This document shows, piece by piece, positions 1 to 12,831 of a DNA stretch of 64,000 nucleotides (the first letter of the stretch is position 1; every line of letters starts with the position of its first letter). A program made the position numbers and the translations under genes. The notes beneath the pieces were generated by a model. The model had not been told where the DNA came from and made no database searches. It saw only the letters and a list, made by a program, of their open reading frames with translations. The stretch lies in NCBI RefSeq assembly GCF_000143415.4, contig NW_003314373.1:62001-126000 (forward strand), read 5' to 3'. This DNA comes from Selaginella moellendorffii (taxonomy: Eukaryota > Plantae > Lycopodiophyta).

Positions 1-592
1 CATACCATTAATGTTAATGTTATACGAATATAATAGCAGAGGACGGACTTTGGCCAAGCCTTTCCAAGCAAATTATCTCGGCAATCCAAAGAAAAGAAAA
101 GCTCGATGCCCAGGGAGAGGAGAGCATCATGTGGTCTCACTCCCATCGCCATGCCTGTGTTGCCACAACCTAGAGCTTAAAACTTGAGAACTGCATGTCT
201 CTGCATCTATTATTCTCCCAAAGTTTAGCAAAAAAGATGTGAGAGCTTGTTCTTTAGAAGGCTCGCCCACATTTTGGCGATCAAATAATGAACCACTGGC
301 AGCCCAACAGAATTATATTGCGGTGGAGAATTCCAAAGAGACTTGTTCTCTGGCGATCCAAACCCTGTGGATCCCAAAACCTTTGCGTCGATTCCAGTGG
401 CTCTTATCAATTTCATCCCAGCGCAAAGACAAGACACAGCAAAGAGTGCTCGAGTTGAGGTTCTGTGTAGCGTGCCGCACTAAGGAGACCAATAGCAATC
501 ACACTTGTCTCGCAAGTTCTCCAAGACAAAAACACTACGCTCCTACCTTCTCCCCCAGCCCAGCCCAAAAGTGACCAGCTTGGGAAAAGAGA

Positions 593-660
593 GGGGTACC
601 GAGAATTGAACTCGGGACCTCTCATACCATAATGATATAATATGCCCTTAGAATATTCAT
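593..660 (-). pseudogene. Degenerate tRNA-Pro-like relic (3' half recognisable)
   Basis: The minus strand reads GAGAGGTCCCGAGTTCAATTCTCGGTACCCC, matching the variable loop, T-arm and acceptor 3' strand of plant tRNA-Pro. The anticodon arm and 5' half are decayed. Confidence 0.55.
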
Positions 661-1017
661 TTTTATTTTGAATAGTAAAAGCTTGGAGTTAACTAATCTA
701 ATGTATAATTTATAGATTGCTGTTCAACAACTGGAAACAGAAAGATCTGTAACATTACAGACACAAGAAAATATCTAACATTGCAGCACACAAATTAACT
801 GAAATTAAGCGAGTGTAAACACCGGGAATGCAAAACAAGTAATCGGAAGATGCTGCAGTGAGCAGATTAAGGCAAGTAAAATGACCCCCACCGCCATTTT
901 CTTGCACAGCAAGCCAACCTTGATTCATCTCGGAAATGAATACCCAAAGGTGACTTGCCTAGCACTCATAAGTTGGTTGGAAATCAGTATTTTATTCACT
1001 CACTGACTTGTGCAAGG

Positions 1018-1045
1018 CTTCTTCTTCTTCTTCTTCTTCTTCTTC
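1018..1045. repeat. (CTT)n microsatellite upstream of the NAC gene
   Basis: About 9 perfect CTT units. Confidence 0.95.
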
Positions 1046-1364
1046 CAAGGTTTGGTTTTCCCTTCCTTCGCATGCACACCACTTCGGATCTCTTCCATAG
1101 TCTCTCTTTCGCTCTCTCCTCTTACCCTTTTGGTGGCATTTGCACAGTGCTGGCACCTCTCGAATTCCATCCAAAAGAGCTCCAGCTTCCATCATTTGAG
1201 CTTCTTTCTTTCGGGGTCTGAGCTTCGTCGCAAGAGCTGGATGAACTGACATAGCCGAGCTCCATCGAAGCAGCAGCGAGTAATACAATCACCCGAGAAT
1301 TCACGATCCAATGACTTCGCGCTTAGATTTGTACTTACAGGTTTAGTTTTTTTGCAGGACAGGA

Positions 1365-2317
1365 ATGTCTCCGTTTATGCACGGCCACTCGCACGTCCCT
1401 CCGGGTTTTCGGTTCCACCCCACGGACGAGGAGCTCGTCGGCTACTACCTGTACAAGAAGGTGTCCTCGGAGGCCATCGATCTCGACATAATCCGGGACA
1501 TTGATCTCTACAAGATGGAGCCATGGGACCTGCAAGGTATGGAAGAATTTGTAGCCTCTAGACTCTAGAGCATTCCAACTTCTGCAAGAATGGTAAATCT
1601 TTGACAAAGGTTGGGATCACAGAGGATTGCGCGAGCTCGGCAGATCAGAGCGAGTGGTACTTCTTCAGCCACAAAGACAAGAAGTATCCGACCGGGAGCC
1701 GAACCAACAGGGCCACAACAGCGGGGTTCTGGAAGGCAACAGGGAGGGACAAAGCCATCCACACCAAGTTCAAGCTGATTGGGATGAGGAAGACGCTGGT
1801 GTTCTACAAGGGACGGGCGCCAAACGGGCAGAAGACCGACTGGATAATGCACGAGTACCGGCTGGAGGACGAGCAAAGCGGCAGCGTAAGCTAGAAACTT
1901 GGAATCTATCTTTCTCATCTTAAAAGTACCCCAATTTTTCGCAGGAAGAAGGATGGGTGGTGTGCCGGATGTTCAAGAAGAGGCCGCCGCAGCGATGCCA
2001 GAGCACGGGCTCTTGTTCATATCTCTACGACGAGCACCAGCACCAGCAGCAGCAGCAGGAGCAGCAACACCACCACCAGCAGCAAAACATGGCGGCGTCC
2101 AGCAGCAGCTGCATGCAAATGCAACAGCAGCCTGTGGATCTCTTCTCGTACAAGCACGAAACGTTGAATCCCAGCATCGAGAGCAGTAGAAACACGTACC
2201 AGGATCCCTTTTCTCATCTCCCGCAGCTGGAAAGCTACGAGGTACGTCCTGCAAAAACATCGCCTTTCAAGTGTCAGTAACACGAGTACTATGATTTGCA
2301 TTTTTCACCCGCAGTAA
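1365..2317 (+). CDS. NAC transcription factor, VND/VNS (VND-NST-SMB) type; exons about 1365-1536, 1623-1884, 1945-2241 (stop at 2280 if unspliced or 2317 if spliced)
   Basis: Motifs [43 protein letters not shown] and [29 protein letters not shown], plus a C-terminal LPQLES (LP-box) and a poly-Q/H tract. Confidence 0.93.
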
Positions 2318-2619
2318 GCAGTAGCTTGCAAGGCGCGCCATTTTCTTCTTTACCCCTACACTGTGACATTCCAAAAGCATAAGGACGGCCACCAACACAA
2401 GCGCAAAAAGACAACATTGATAAGTCTTGCTCGATGTGAATAGCTAACCTTTGACATCGTCCGTCAACCCTGTGAAATTGTTGATCCTTCACTAACATTA
2501 TCAATAATAAAGCGAGAGAGAAAGAAGATCGAGAGCGTCTCAGCCTTCATTGAAAAAACGTACCATGGATCTAGAATACAATGTCGCAGTAGGCTATAGT
2601 ACGACGATCTTCTCACAAA

Positions 2620-5070
2620 CTATCTTCCCTGCATTATTCTGCTAAAAACTTGGCTGTTGCCTGCCAGTGTAGCTTCCCACTCAATGGAGTTAAACAAAAC
2701 GTGAGAGAGCGTGAACACGACCTGCTTCATGTCCGGCCTCAGCAGAGGGTCTTCCTCCACGCACTGCTTTCCAAGAACTGACACCTTCAGCCGGTCGAAA
2801 CAAAGCCAGTTAGATCTCACAAGGTACTCTTTGATCGAAAAATCGACTGCGACTTACTTTGTGCAAGCACTCGCTCGGGTATGTGTTGTCCAGTGTTGGA
2901 TCCGCTACGTCCCTTAGCCTTCCAATGCTTACGGGGGTTGCGTCTTTCAACGCTGATAGCATCTGCAGCGCTAAGAGAATGCATCAGAAGAGAGAGAGAG
3001 AGAGAGAGAAATGCTATCTACATATACGCGATGCTTACAACGGAGATCAACGATCGTCTTTCTGGAGTGCTTGGGATGTGGAGTCTGCTTTTTGAAATCG
3101 CTTCCTGGCCTGTGATGAGCTCGAAAAGGACTACGCCGAATGAATACACATCGGACTTTGTAGTGGCATGTCCATTACGCATGTACCTGGTTTAATAGAG
3201 AATGACTCAGGACGGGGACCATCGAATTTGAAACTATAAAACTCGTACTTACTCCGGAGCAAGATATCCAAAGGTTCCTACGATGCGGGTAAGAACCCCA
3301 TTCTCTTCACCTTGTTCAATTAGTTTTGCCAAACCAAAATCTGCGATCTTTGGACACCAAATAAAAAATGAGAAAACCAAATCCATTTCACGCATCATAG
3401 AACGTACCTTTGCTCTAAAGCTACCATCCAACAAGATATTGCTTGATTTAATATCTCGGTGAAGATAATGCTGCTTTGTATGATCATGAATGTATTCTAG
3501 TCCTCTAGCGGCGTCCAGAGCAATTTGTACTCTTGTTACCCATGATAGCGGCGTGTATCCTGCGTAGAGACGCATTGAAACTTAAGAAGAGATTTCATGT
3601 CGTGATGCATACCTTTAGAAAGCGGCTCATGAAGCCTATCACTGAGCGACCTGTTTTCCGCAAACTCATACACAAGAAAGAGCTCCTCGCCGCAGGAAGC
3701 ATATCCAATAAGCTCCACCTAATAAAATAATCGTTCGACTTGGTAGAATTTGCAGCAAGCTTTACCAAGTTGAAGTGGTGAGCCTTGCAGAGGACTTGAA
3801 TTTCCACCATAAACTCCTTTGCTTTGGTAGCTTTCATTCTCTTTACTGCCACTTCCTGAAAACTCTCATCAGTTCAACGTTTTCCACAACTATTTCTCAT
3901 ATACCTGATTACGAAGAATCCCATGAAACACCGAGCCGTAAGCTCCCTGCCCGAGCTTTTTGCTCTCCTTGAAGCAGTCTGTGGCTGCTTCGATTTCCTC
4001 GTAGGAAAATACCAAAGGCTTCTCAACATTCGTCACTTTGCTCATGAGCTCTGAGAAGAAAACAATGATATCAAGGAATGTTTTTGCTCGTTTCCTTTGA
4101 AGAACAGATACCTTTGGAAAATGCGGGTGTTTTGGCGACTGGAAACTCCTTTGGCTCTCGCAAGAAACATCGTCTTGCGGAATAAATCGCACACCCCAGC
4201 GCCAATGCAATCACGAGCGCGCCAGAAGCTGCGATCCCGACAACAGCACCCAGTGGCAATCGAGATTTCCTTCTCTTTCCGCCAAAAACCGCTGGATTCC
4301 CTAAAACCCGTGAAAAACCTCTCAACAAATCTCTACAAAAGCTTACGCTGCTCCTGCGCGCCACCATCCAAGCCTGGCGCGATCGCCTCGGTGCTCCCGG
4401 GAGCTGCATTGGCGGGGCGCCATAGAAATTTAGAACCAGCGAAGAAGAAATCCAAGAACCCTAGAAAACTTCTCTACGTACGTGTTGTCACTGGAATGTA
4501 GTAAACCACCCCGCTGGCCAAGAACGCGCCATTGCCGTCGATGTGGTTGAGCTGGCTGATATCGCTCCCATTGGTGCCGTACCGGAGGGCAAGGAGAGCC
4601 AGCGTGTCCTTGTTCTGGACCACGTGGCTCACCAGGTACGGATAGGTGTTACTGGAACAGCCACATAGAAGCCAGGTGTATCCAGAGGCGGTGTTATTCT
4701 GCGCTTCCTTCCATTCCAAGCCTTGGAAGTCGCGAGGAGGGGATGGGATTCGAACCGTATAGCCGTAGAGGTGCGAGGAAGACGAGCACCCGCAAGTGAT
4801 CTTCACGAAGATGGAGGTTTGATTGGAGGAGCTGGGCGCAAACATGGTGTTGTTGTCGATCGCGATGGCTGGAGGCCACACATCAAACATGGATTCCACG
4901 TCCTGGAGCGATTGATCCACTGGGAGCATGTAATGGAGGAACGCAGAGCACGTCCTTGCTGGGTCGGAGCAATTGAGCGGATTGGCGAGCTGGGCGGTGC
5001 CAATTGCGATAGAGGACGCGAGGAGGAGGAGACCCAGATGGATCCGTGCGCCAAATCTGCAAGAAATCAT
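2620..5070 (-). CDS. LYK3: LysM-domain receptor-like kinase, LYK3-like, multi-exon
   Basis: Signal peptide, CxC-separated LysM ectodomain ([17 protein letters not shown]), transmembrane helix, and a kinase with [21 protein letters not shown] and GTFGYLAPE. The C-terminus is [16 protein letters not shown]. Confidence 0.88.
2988..3009. repeat. (GA)n microsatellite in a LYK3 intron
   Basis: A run of about 11 GA units. Confidence 0.9.
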
Positions 5071-5597
5071 GGGGAATTGAGAGACCTGGTGGTGGATTTG
5101 GAGGATTTGCTGGCCCCCGCCCGTGGCGCCGAGGCTTCCTCGCCTTGATTTCATCGAATTGATGTGGAGGGAGAGCAAATCTAGTGACTGTTTGCTAGAT
5201 AGCTCGTTTGGTGTGAGCCATTGAGACGAGGAAGAATAGAGGGATTGATCAAAGACCACGAAGGAGACAAAATCTGGAACAGCAGCGAGCTACATTGCAT
5301 TGCAAAAGAAGTCTTCCGGATTGGAAAGGTGAAAAGAAAGAAGGGAGGGCGCTTTGATTCCCTTTGTTGAGCACAGCAAAGATGCTCGCTCGCAAGAAAA
5401 CACAGAGAACGAAGATTTCTACATCGTTTGTTCTGGTAGGACCAGTTTGATCGCCGAAAGGACTGTAGTACCAATGTCCATAAATACGTATGCCCCGCCC
5501 ACTGTACGCAACGCCCACGCAATCACAGTGCCAGTCCAAAGTCAGTCAAAATGTTCGATCAGTCCACGATAGCCAACGTCTGGTCAAAGAGTCCATT

Positions 5598-8066
5598 CTA
5601 ATGAGTGTTCTTGCTGGATCGCAATCTAGAGGCGAGGAAGCTCGCGATTCCGAATGGAATTGCCGTGGATTGGTATCTCTGGCTGATGAGCGGGTCGGGA
5701 ACCGCGAGATTCCCCTCGAGCATCTTGACGACATTGCCCATGCCCGGCCGGGCGGATGGATCGTCCTGGATGCAGCACAGCGCAACGAGCACGAATCTCT
5801 CCACCTCGCTGCTCGAGTAGCTCCATCCCTTGAGCCTGGGGTCGAGCAGCTCCACCAGGTCGCTCTGCTCGGCGTGGAAAGGGCGATGATCGTCGTCGCT
5901 ATCGCTGTGGTGGTCGATCGCGTCCAGGAACTCGAGCGCTTGCTTGCCGCTCACGATCTCGAGTAGCACGATGCCGAAGCTGTAGACGTCGATCTTGAGC
6001 GAGACCTCGCAGCGCAGCCACTCGGGAGCCATGTATCCGGGAGTTCCTCGCAGCGCCGTGTCGCGGAGATTGTTGGATCCCTTGGCAGCGAAGATGGCGA
6101 GGCCAAAGTCGGAGATCTTGGCCTTGAACTCCACGTCGAGAAGGATGTTCTGCGGCTTAATATCCAGGTGGAGGATGGATTGATCGCAGCCTTCGTGGAG
6201 ATACGAGAGACCCTTTGCGATGTCAAGCGCGATCTTGGACCGAGTTCTCCAGTCGAGGAAGTTGTTATCGTCTCGAGCGAAGATCCACATATCCAGCGAT
6301 CCGTTTGGCATGTACTCGTAGACCAGGAGCGTGTGCTTGTGCTCGTCGCAGCAAAAACCGATGAGCTTCACCAAGTTGGAGTGGTGGACGCTGCCGATGG
6401 CGATCACCTCGGCTCGAAACTGGTCGTCTCCGCCACCTCGGGAGCTCTCGAGCCGCTTGATTGCAACTTTGGTGCCGTCTTCCAGCATTCCATGGTAGAC
6501 CGTGCCGAAGCCCCCCCGTCCCAATTTCCGGCTAAAGTTGGCGCTGGCGTTCTTGAGCTCCAGGAACGTGAACCGCCGTGGAACTCCCGGGATGGACTCG
6601 AGGAGCTCGTCACTCACGTTCTTTTGCCTGGACAGGCTCCGCAAGTAGAGCAGCGCGAGTGGAACGAGCACAAGCGTGGCGATGGCGAGAGATACCGCCA
6701 GCCACATTGCTGTTCTTCGTCGTCTTTGTCGTCCGCTACTGCTGCTCGACTGCGGAGGATTCTCGACTTTGATGAAGGCTAGCGAGGTAGCGCTGCTGCT
6801 GCCGGTGACGTTGATGAGCGAGAGAACGTTGCGGAAGCCATAGCACAGGCTCCTGTTCCGGACGTCTTTGAAGATGGCAACGTCCCAGGAACAGTTCTCC
6901 ACGATCAGCTTCATGCACTCGTCCACGGAGCTCACTGGAATTCCTGCGTCAAACTGCGTCGAGAAGTAGTCCGTGTTCTCCAGCCGGATCAAACGCTGCG
7001 AGCTTGCGTTTTTGTTGCAAAGTAGCGGCCGGCGAAGCTCGCAAGTTCTCTTCGATCCACGAAAGTCCTCCGAGGGACAGCTACAATTTCCATTCCCCGA
7101 GCAAATCCCGTATCTCCTACACTTGAATGGAAGGCTACACTCTCCCGCTAGAGGAACCTGGAACTTACTCCCCTGGAGCTTCTTGTTGAGAGGAAATGGC
7201 TTGCCGGTCTCGAAGTGGAGATTCAAGCTTCCATCGCGTTCCAGACGCATGAAACGCAAGGTCCTGTTTTTCGTCCTCACTTTGGTCCGGTCGAGCATGG
7301 TGAAGTTGGCGGAGAACACTGCGAGGAGATCTCTCGTCTTGGAAAACTTGAGCCAGCCGATGGTGGCATTGACATCGCTCTTCAAAGACCAGGCTGCGTA
7401 GCTCGACAGCGTCTGCTCCATCGTGTTGTTCACGTACATCACCACCTTTCGCTCCTCCACGACCAGCGAGTAGTCTCCAGTCCTCAAGTCCAGCCCCGAC
7501 GAAGATTTGTAAGCCTCGAGCTTCTTCCCGATATGGAGCATCTGCTCGGGCATGAGAGTATCCGTTGGATGATCGAAACTTCTCCAGACTTCTGTCCCGT
7601 TGGCCGTGACAAGCACCAGATTTCCAGACATCTTGAGCTTTAGCATGCGGACTCCCAAGTTGGAGGTGTTGGTCGACCAGACGAGTCCTCTCCTTGCATC
7701 CCTGAGTTCTAAGTTCCCTTGAGCAGTGAGCACGATTGTGGATTGCGGAGAAACTGGATCGTTCCCGTTCGCCGTCCACACGAGATGATCTGGGAGGAAG
7801 CCACCATCTTTACCGAGGAAGGCGACACCGAGAACCAGGCACTTTTGCGGTCTATTTGGACACTGTACCGAAGAGAAGCCACAGCCTATGTTCTTGGTAG
7901 CGTTGTTGACGAGAAGAACCATACCTTCGGCTACTTGGTTCGAGGACCCGATCTTGAAAGTTGTGAAGTTTCTGATCAATTGAGCTGTGGATTCTCCTGC
8001 GAACAACGTGAGAAGAAGCAGCTGCGTGACGAGTATCACCTGGAGCCATGAAGGAGCTTCATCCAT
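5598..8066 (-). CDS. G-type (bulb) lectin S-domain receptor-like kinase, SD2-like, intronless (probable start 8066; ORF open to 8204)
   Basis: B-lectin motifs VWTAN and WRSFDHPTDTL, EGF/PAN cysteines, a TM helix, and a kinase with LGRGGFGTVY, HLDIKPQN, DFG and RGTPGYMAPE. Confidence 0.93.
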   Translation of the reverse strand: MDEAPSWLQVILVTQLLLLTLFAGESTAQLIRNFTTFKIGSSNQVAEGMVLLVNNATKNIGCGFSSVQCPNRPQKCLVLGVAFLGKDGGFLPDHLVWTANGNDPVSPQSTIVLTAQGNLELRDARRGLVWSTNTSNLGVRMLKLKMSGNLVLVTANGTEVWRSFDHPTDTLMPEQMLHIGKKLEAYKSSSGLDLRTGDYSLVVEERKVVMYVNNTMEQTLSSYAAWSLKSDVNATIGWLKFSKTRDLLAVFSANFTMLDRTKVRTKNRTLRFMRLERDGSLNLHFETGKPFPLNKKLQGSKFQVPLAGECSLPFKCRRYGICSGNGNCSCPSEDFRGSKRTCELRRPLLCNKNASSQRLIRLENTDYFSTQFDAGIPVSSVDECMKLIVENCSWDVAIFKDVRNRSLCYGFRNVLSLINVTGSSSATSLAFIKVENPPQSSSSSGRQRRRRTAMWLAVSLAIATLVLVPLALLYLRSLSRQKNVSDELLESIPGVPRRFTFLELKNASANFSRKLGRGGFGTVYHGMLEDGTKVAIKRLESSRGGGDDQFRAEVIAIGSVHHSNLVKLIGFCCDEHKHTLLVYEYMPNGSLDMWIFARDDNNFLDWRTRSKIALDIAKGLSYLHEGCDQSILHLDIKPQNILLDVEFKAKISDFGLAIFAAKGSNNLRDTALRGTPGYMAPEWLRCEVSLKIDVYSFGIVLLEIVSGKQALEFLDAIDHHSDSDDDHRPFHAEQSDLVELLDPRLKGWSYSSSEVERFVLVALCCIQDDPSARPGMGNVVKMLEGNLAVPDPLISQRYQSTAIPFGIASFLASRLRSSKNTH

Positions 8067-9067
8067 GCTGATCGAGTATGAAAACTTGGGAACGAAAGCA
8101 TCCCCTGGGGACTCGTTGCCGATCTTCGATGGACACGAAGTTACTCGTCGTCCAGCAATTATGAATAGCATGGAGCCTCGTTGCTTGGAGTTTAGTGACA
8201 CCACTGTTGAAGCCAGCCAAAGATGCCTGTCCTTGTAAAAAACAATGGTATAAGACGATGAGAGATGCCTTTACAACGAACTTAGAGTAATTTTTCTATT
8301 GTAACGTAGCCTTGTTTGATTCAAGATCACACTGTGTGTTAACCTTTCTGTGTTATTCCTGTTATAAGAATTAAGACACTTGGATGTTTAAGCTGAAACT
8401 ACGAAACTAGAAAAAAATTACTCTACAGAATTGGTATGGAAATTTCTTACTCCTCCTTGCATGACATCAATGATGTTTGGGATCACAGCGGCAACCATGA
8501 AACGGACCGCCATGAATCCTAGCCAGCGCAATCACTTACAAACAAAGACAAAGCTTCCGGATCATTGAGACAAGAACTTCGCCAAGATTTTTCTCACCTG
8601 TGATTGCGCTTTACTTCCATCTATGATCGCTCGTTCATTTGGGAGCGCAGGATCGTTCTTCGAGTTATTTTCATTTCTGTCTAGCCTCTCCGAGGGGCGA
8701 GTAGTTTACAATGTTTCCTTGACTTCATAGGTAGTCTCTTGCACGAAACCGTGTTACTTTGTAGACTTGATCCAGCGTTGGAAGTTTGTGATCAAGGCTC
8801 CAGGCTCGAGAGTCGGTTTCATGCTCGATCGGCAGGAATAAATAAAACTCCTCAATGCCTCCAATTTCACTCAGCGCTCAGCAACTTCCCTGGAAGATTT
8901 TGCTGAATCAAATCTTTGATGGAGGCCCCTGGTTTCGTCCGACACGCTGTTGGAGCCAGCGAGAGCTACTTGCTTCTTGCAAAAAACAATGGTATAAGAC
9001 AATGAAAGATGGCTTTCTCGCAAACTTACTGTCGGGAGAAAAAACTGTCTATATCGTAGCGAGTCTA

Positions 9068-11227
9068 TTACGGCCACAACTGTGTGTAAAACTTGATTAA
9101 ATTGGCGCCACTTGGATCCTTGATCAAGTGCTTGACCAGTTGCATGCGGAGCGTGTTTGGAGCAACTAGAAACGTGAGCAGTGCAAACCATATCAGCTCA
9201 GCAGAGGAGAGATCAGCTGCAAGGAAGCCTTTCCACATCCTAGCAAGAAAAGAGTCAGCTTTTCCAGTGTATTGATTGACGTTTCAGTCGGTACCTTTCA
9301 GGAAGTTTGAAGAACGTCTGGAAGAATGTCCGCATGCTTTGCACGTCAAGCTGCAGCAGTAGCTCGAGGCCAAAGAAAAAGAATGCTCGCTGTCGTTTCC
9401 TTTCGTTAGGCCAAAGCACGTTCCATGCTACACATGAAAAAGCTCATCAAAGAAGCGATATAATATGCAAGTCTTTCTTACCCTCGAGGGCTGCGGATAT
9501 GGAATCCCTTTGAAGTTGAAGATAACCAGGACTGGCTTTTCGAGGCTGTAGTGCTGCCGCAATAGCAGCTGCATAGGTAGGGGCTTCGGACAATGAACGA
9601 ACAACTGAATAGCCTGCATCAATATCCACGTCTCAGACCATATGCAATGAACGAAAGCAAAGGAAGAGAAAAAAAAAGCTAAACCTGTTGCAGGATGAAC
9701 CATGCTTGCAGCTGCACCAAATGCCAAGTGCTGCTGATTTGTGTCTGGAAGGGTGGCACCAACAGGTATATAAGACCATTCCTTGCAATAAACCAACCAG
9801 GTAAGTCGCCTGAATCCAAGATACAGGAGCTTACTTCTTCGTACATGTGAACAACTTTCACTCCAAGCTTGTTTAACCGCGTATAAAGCCGGTCCTTCAG
9901 CGTATTGAATGACATAACAGGTCTTGCAGCTAGACAGGTTTCCTGCAAAATGATCAGGTCAAGCTCGCATAGAGAAACAAAGGAAGAATTATTAACCTCA
10001 AAAAAGACTCTGGTTTCTGAGAAAGGCATGACATACAGAAACGACGGAACTTCGCCCTCTCCAGATTCAGCTTTGTAATCTCGATAGTCCATAAACACCA
10101 TCACATTCGGATCGTACGGATGTTTCTCGACCTGCAATAGAAAAAAACTCAATCCTTAAACAATCAAAATGCACGATCCTCGAACCTCAACTTCAATGCC
10201 GTATGCCGTCTGGACGCTCATTCCTCGCTCTTCAAGCGCCTCGTACTTCAAAAACTTACCAGATGCCGCACCTGAAGCAAATGTAGCCAACCTGCAAACT
10301 ACTGTGAATCAGGAGAACATGCCGCCGCAATGAACAGAGAACCTGCACTTGATGGATTTCCCACTGGCGCACGCAAGTGTACTCCCACTGTTCTTGTCAA
10401 CCCGGGAAATATCTTCAACTTCCGAGCAGTGATACAAAACGTTCGCTTCTTGGCACCTGTCATAAAAAACTAGTTATGCTCTCGACCAACCAGACAGAAC
10501 TAAAGAATGAAAAACTGTCACACACCTCCTCAGCAGTTCTTCCCGAAGTCGGTCGCGTCCCACGCGACCATAAGCACGCCCCAGCAGCAAACAATCGTTA
10601 TCCGTGAAGTACATAGCCGTGTCTTTCCAAGTATGCTCGATGCAACTTTCCAGCCCAAGAGCTGCCAGGAAAACAAAAGACGCAAACCGTAAAGCTCAGC
10701 TGCCTTTGACAAAAACGTGAGAGGTTTTTTTTTGCGTACCATCAAACTCGTCCTGCCAAACTCCATAGTTGTTCGTGAATGGCATGTCCGGACCCACGAG
10801 CACCACACTCAATCCTCGCCTGGCTGCCTCGGAAGCTAGCGCGAGCCCTGCTGGTCCACAGCCTATCACGGCCAGATCAAGCACCTTATCGTCAGTGAAT
10901 GCCGTCAACTGGATCAAAAAACCAAAGTGAGAAAAACAAGGAAAAACAAAACGAAGAACACCATCGAACCTTGTCAGCGATCTTTGGTTGATCCATGGGC
11001 TTCAAAGCTTGCATCTGGACGAAGCTAAGCTCTTGGCCCCCAGCCTTGACATAGTCTCCCTCGTCGACATACTTTTTCTGGAGAGGAGCCACTGTTGCCT
11101 TGGCATAGCTTTGCCGCCTTCTTGAGCTCCTACAGTATGAAATCCTGGCAACTCCACAGCCCTCTTGCAATTCTTTGGTGAGAAAACCAGTCGAGAAGGC
11201 GGTGGATGGCTTGATCAAAGATGCCAT
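9068..11227 (-). CDS. LCYE: Lycopene epsilon-cyclase, multi-exon, with plastid transit peptide
   Basis: The epsilon-type N-terminal motif DEGDYVKAGG.EL.FVQMQ, FAD-binding DLAVIGCGPAGLALA, NNYGVW, EEWSYIPVG and FGAAASMVHPATGYS. Confidence 0.93.
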
Positions 11228-11590
11228 CGCAAGAAAAAGTAGCTCAATTTGCGTCGGCCACAAATTTCCTCTCTATGCACGTCACAGCAAATGTATTTTA
11301 AGAAACGTCTCCAGGAATGTCCGCTAGGAGAGACAAAGAATCTCCTATTCACTACAGACAGCTCCTATTGAAATCACCCGGCATTCCTGAAAGATCGCAT
11401 GGATTCGATCAGCATGGAGCATCCAATCGACAGGGACAAGAGAATAGGAGATTCCTTACCTGGAGCGGGCACTCTCCGCCATCGCAACGATAGCAGCAAC
11501 CATAGCTGGAAAGAACCCTAAATCCAAATCGACGGCTGGGACCGTCTTATCCAGTGGGATAGCCCGCCAAATATTTTGGAGCAAAACCCT

Positions 11591-12831
11591 ATGGATATGG
11601 CCAGCACTTCCTCCAGCGTCGCCAGCTGCGCCATCGTCAGGGCGAGGATCGTGTCCAGGATCGCCATCGCCAGGAGCCGTGCCGTGCTGAGATGTGAGCG
11701 ATGCAAATCCACGGCCCTCGGGCTCCAGGTATCCTCTAGTTTCTTCTCCACTCGTCGCGATTCGACTGGCTATGGAAGGAGGAGAAGGACAATGCGAGGG
11801 CTCGCCGCATTGGACAAAGAGGAAGGATCCTCCCCTTCCAGTGTAGTAGAGATTGAGGGGAATGAATCAGATGGAACAGAAGAATCGGCTGGAGAGACTG
11901 TGGCGAGAGATCTTACCCCAGAAGAAGAGGAGGACCAAGAGTGCGTCGATCAGATCCTCAGAGTACGTAGAAAACTTTTCTTTCTTCCAGTTTTCATTCG
12001 TTTTCTTTGTTGTAGATACTGGAGCTTCTAAGGATCAACAGAGACATGACTCCCAACGAGGTGCGACCTTTCTTTCCATGACCTCGCTGCCATCGTCTTA
12101 CATTTTTTTGTTTCTTCTCGTGCTCCTTTTTTCATCCCAGGTCAGGCTCGTTGTTATGATAGAAGATCCTCGTGAGGCGGAAACTGCTGGAGTGCTCACT
12201 GAGGATGGTGAATGGACGAGCTACCGGGATGAAATGGGAAACGCTTTGATAGACGTAAGCTCACTCCACCTTTCTCGTTTTACGGAATCATAGCTTGTGC
12301 CTCTGGTTTTCTCTATAGATCAGCGAAGGTAGAATTCCAGATGATCGAGAACTCCTGCGAGCGCTAAGGAACGAGCTACTCAGCTGGCCCAACCTTGAAG
12401 TAAGCATTACTCTTTCCTTTTGTTTCCAGTGCTCAGTTTCTCGTGAAAACCCTCGAAGGAAATGGCTGACAAAAGAGATCCTCGTCAATCATCTTACGCT
12501 CAAATCACGGATACCGGAGTTGATCCAGTTTTCGCCGGCAAGCGTGCCAAGGTGGACGCCAAGGTGGACGCCGAGGTGGACGCCGATCCGCTCAAGTCGA
12601 CACCGGGTGGGGGCTGGGACGAGGCAGCGGAGATTATACCCGGCAAGGAGAAAGACATGTCTGAGAAGTTGCCTCCAGCATTTGTAAGTTAGCTCTCTCA
12701 AGTTTTTTGGTTTTGTTCTGATCTCTACTAAACGTTTCCAGGGATACAGCCTGCTTTACTTAGTGAGCTTGTTGCCGATACTCATAGGTGTTGCTGTGGT
12801 TGCAATCCTTTTCTTCAACTCTTTTCAGTGA
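11591..12831 (+). CDS. Y3IP1: Ycf3-interacting protein 1 (Y3IP1/CEST)-like chloroplast protein, multi-exon
   Basis: Transit peptide, then EEDQECVDQILRV, RDM...EVRLVVMIEDPRE, WPNLE, S.YA..TDTG.DP and a C-terminal TM segment GY..LYLVS..PILIG...V.ILF.NS.Q. Confidence 0.8.
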
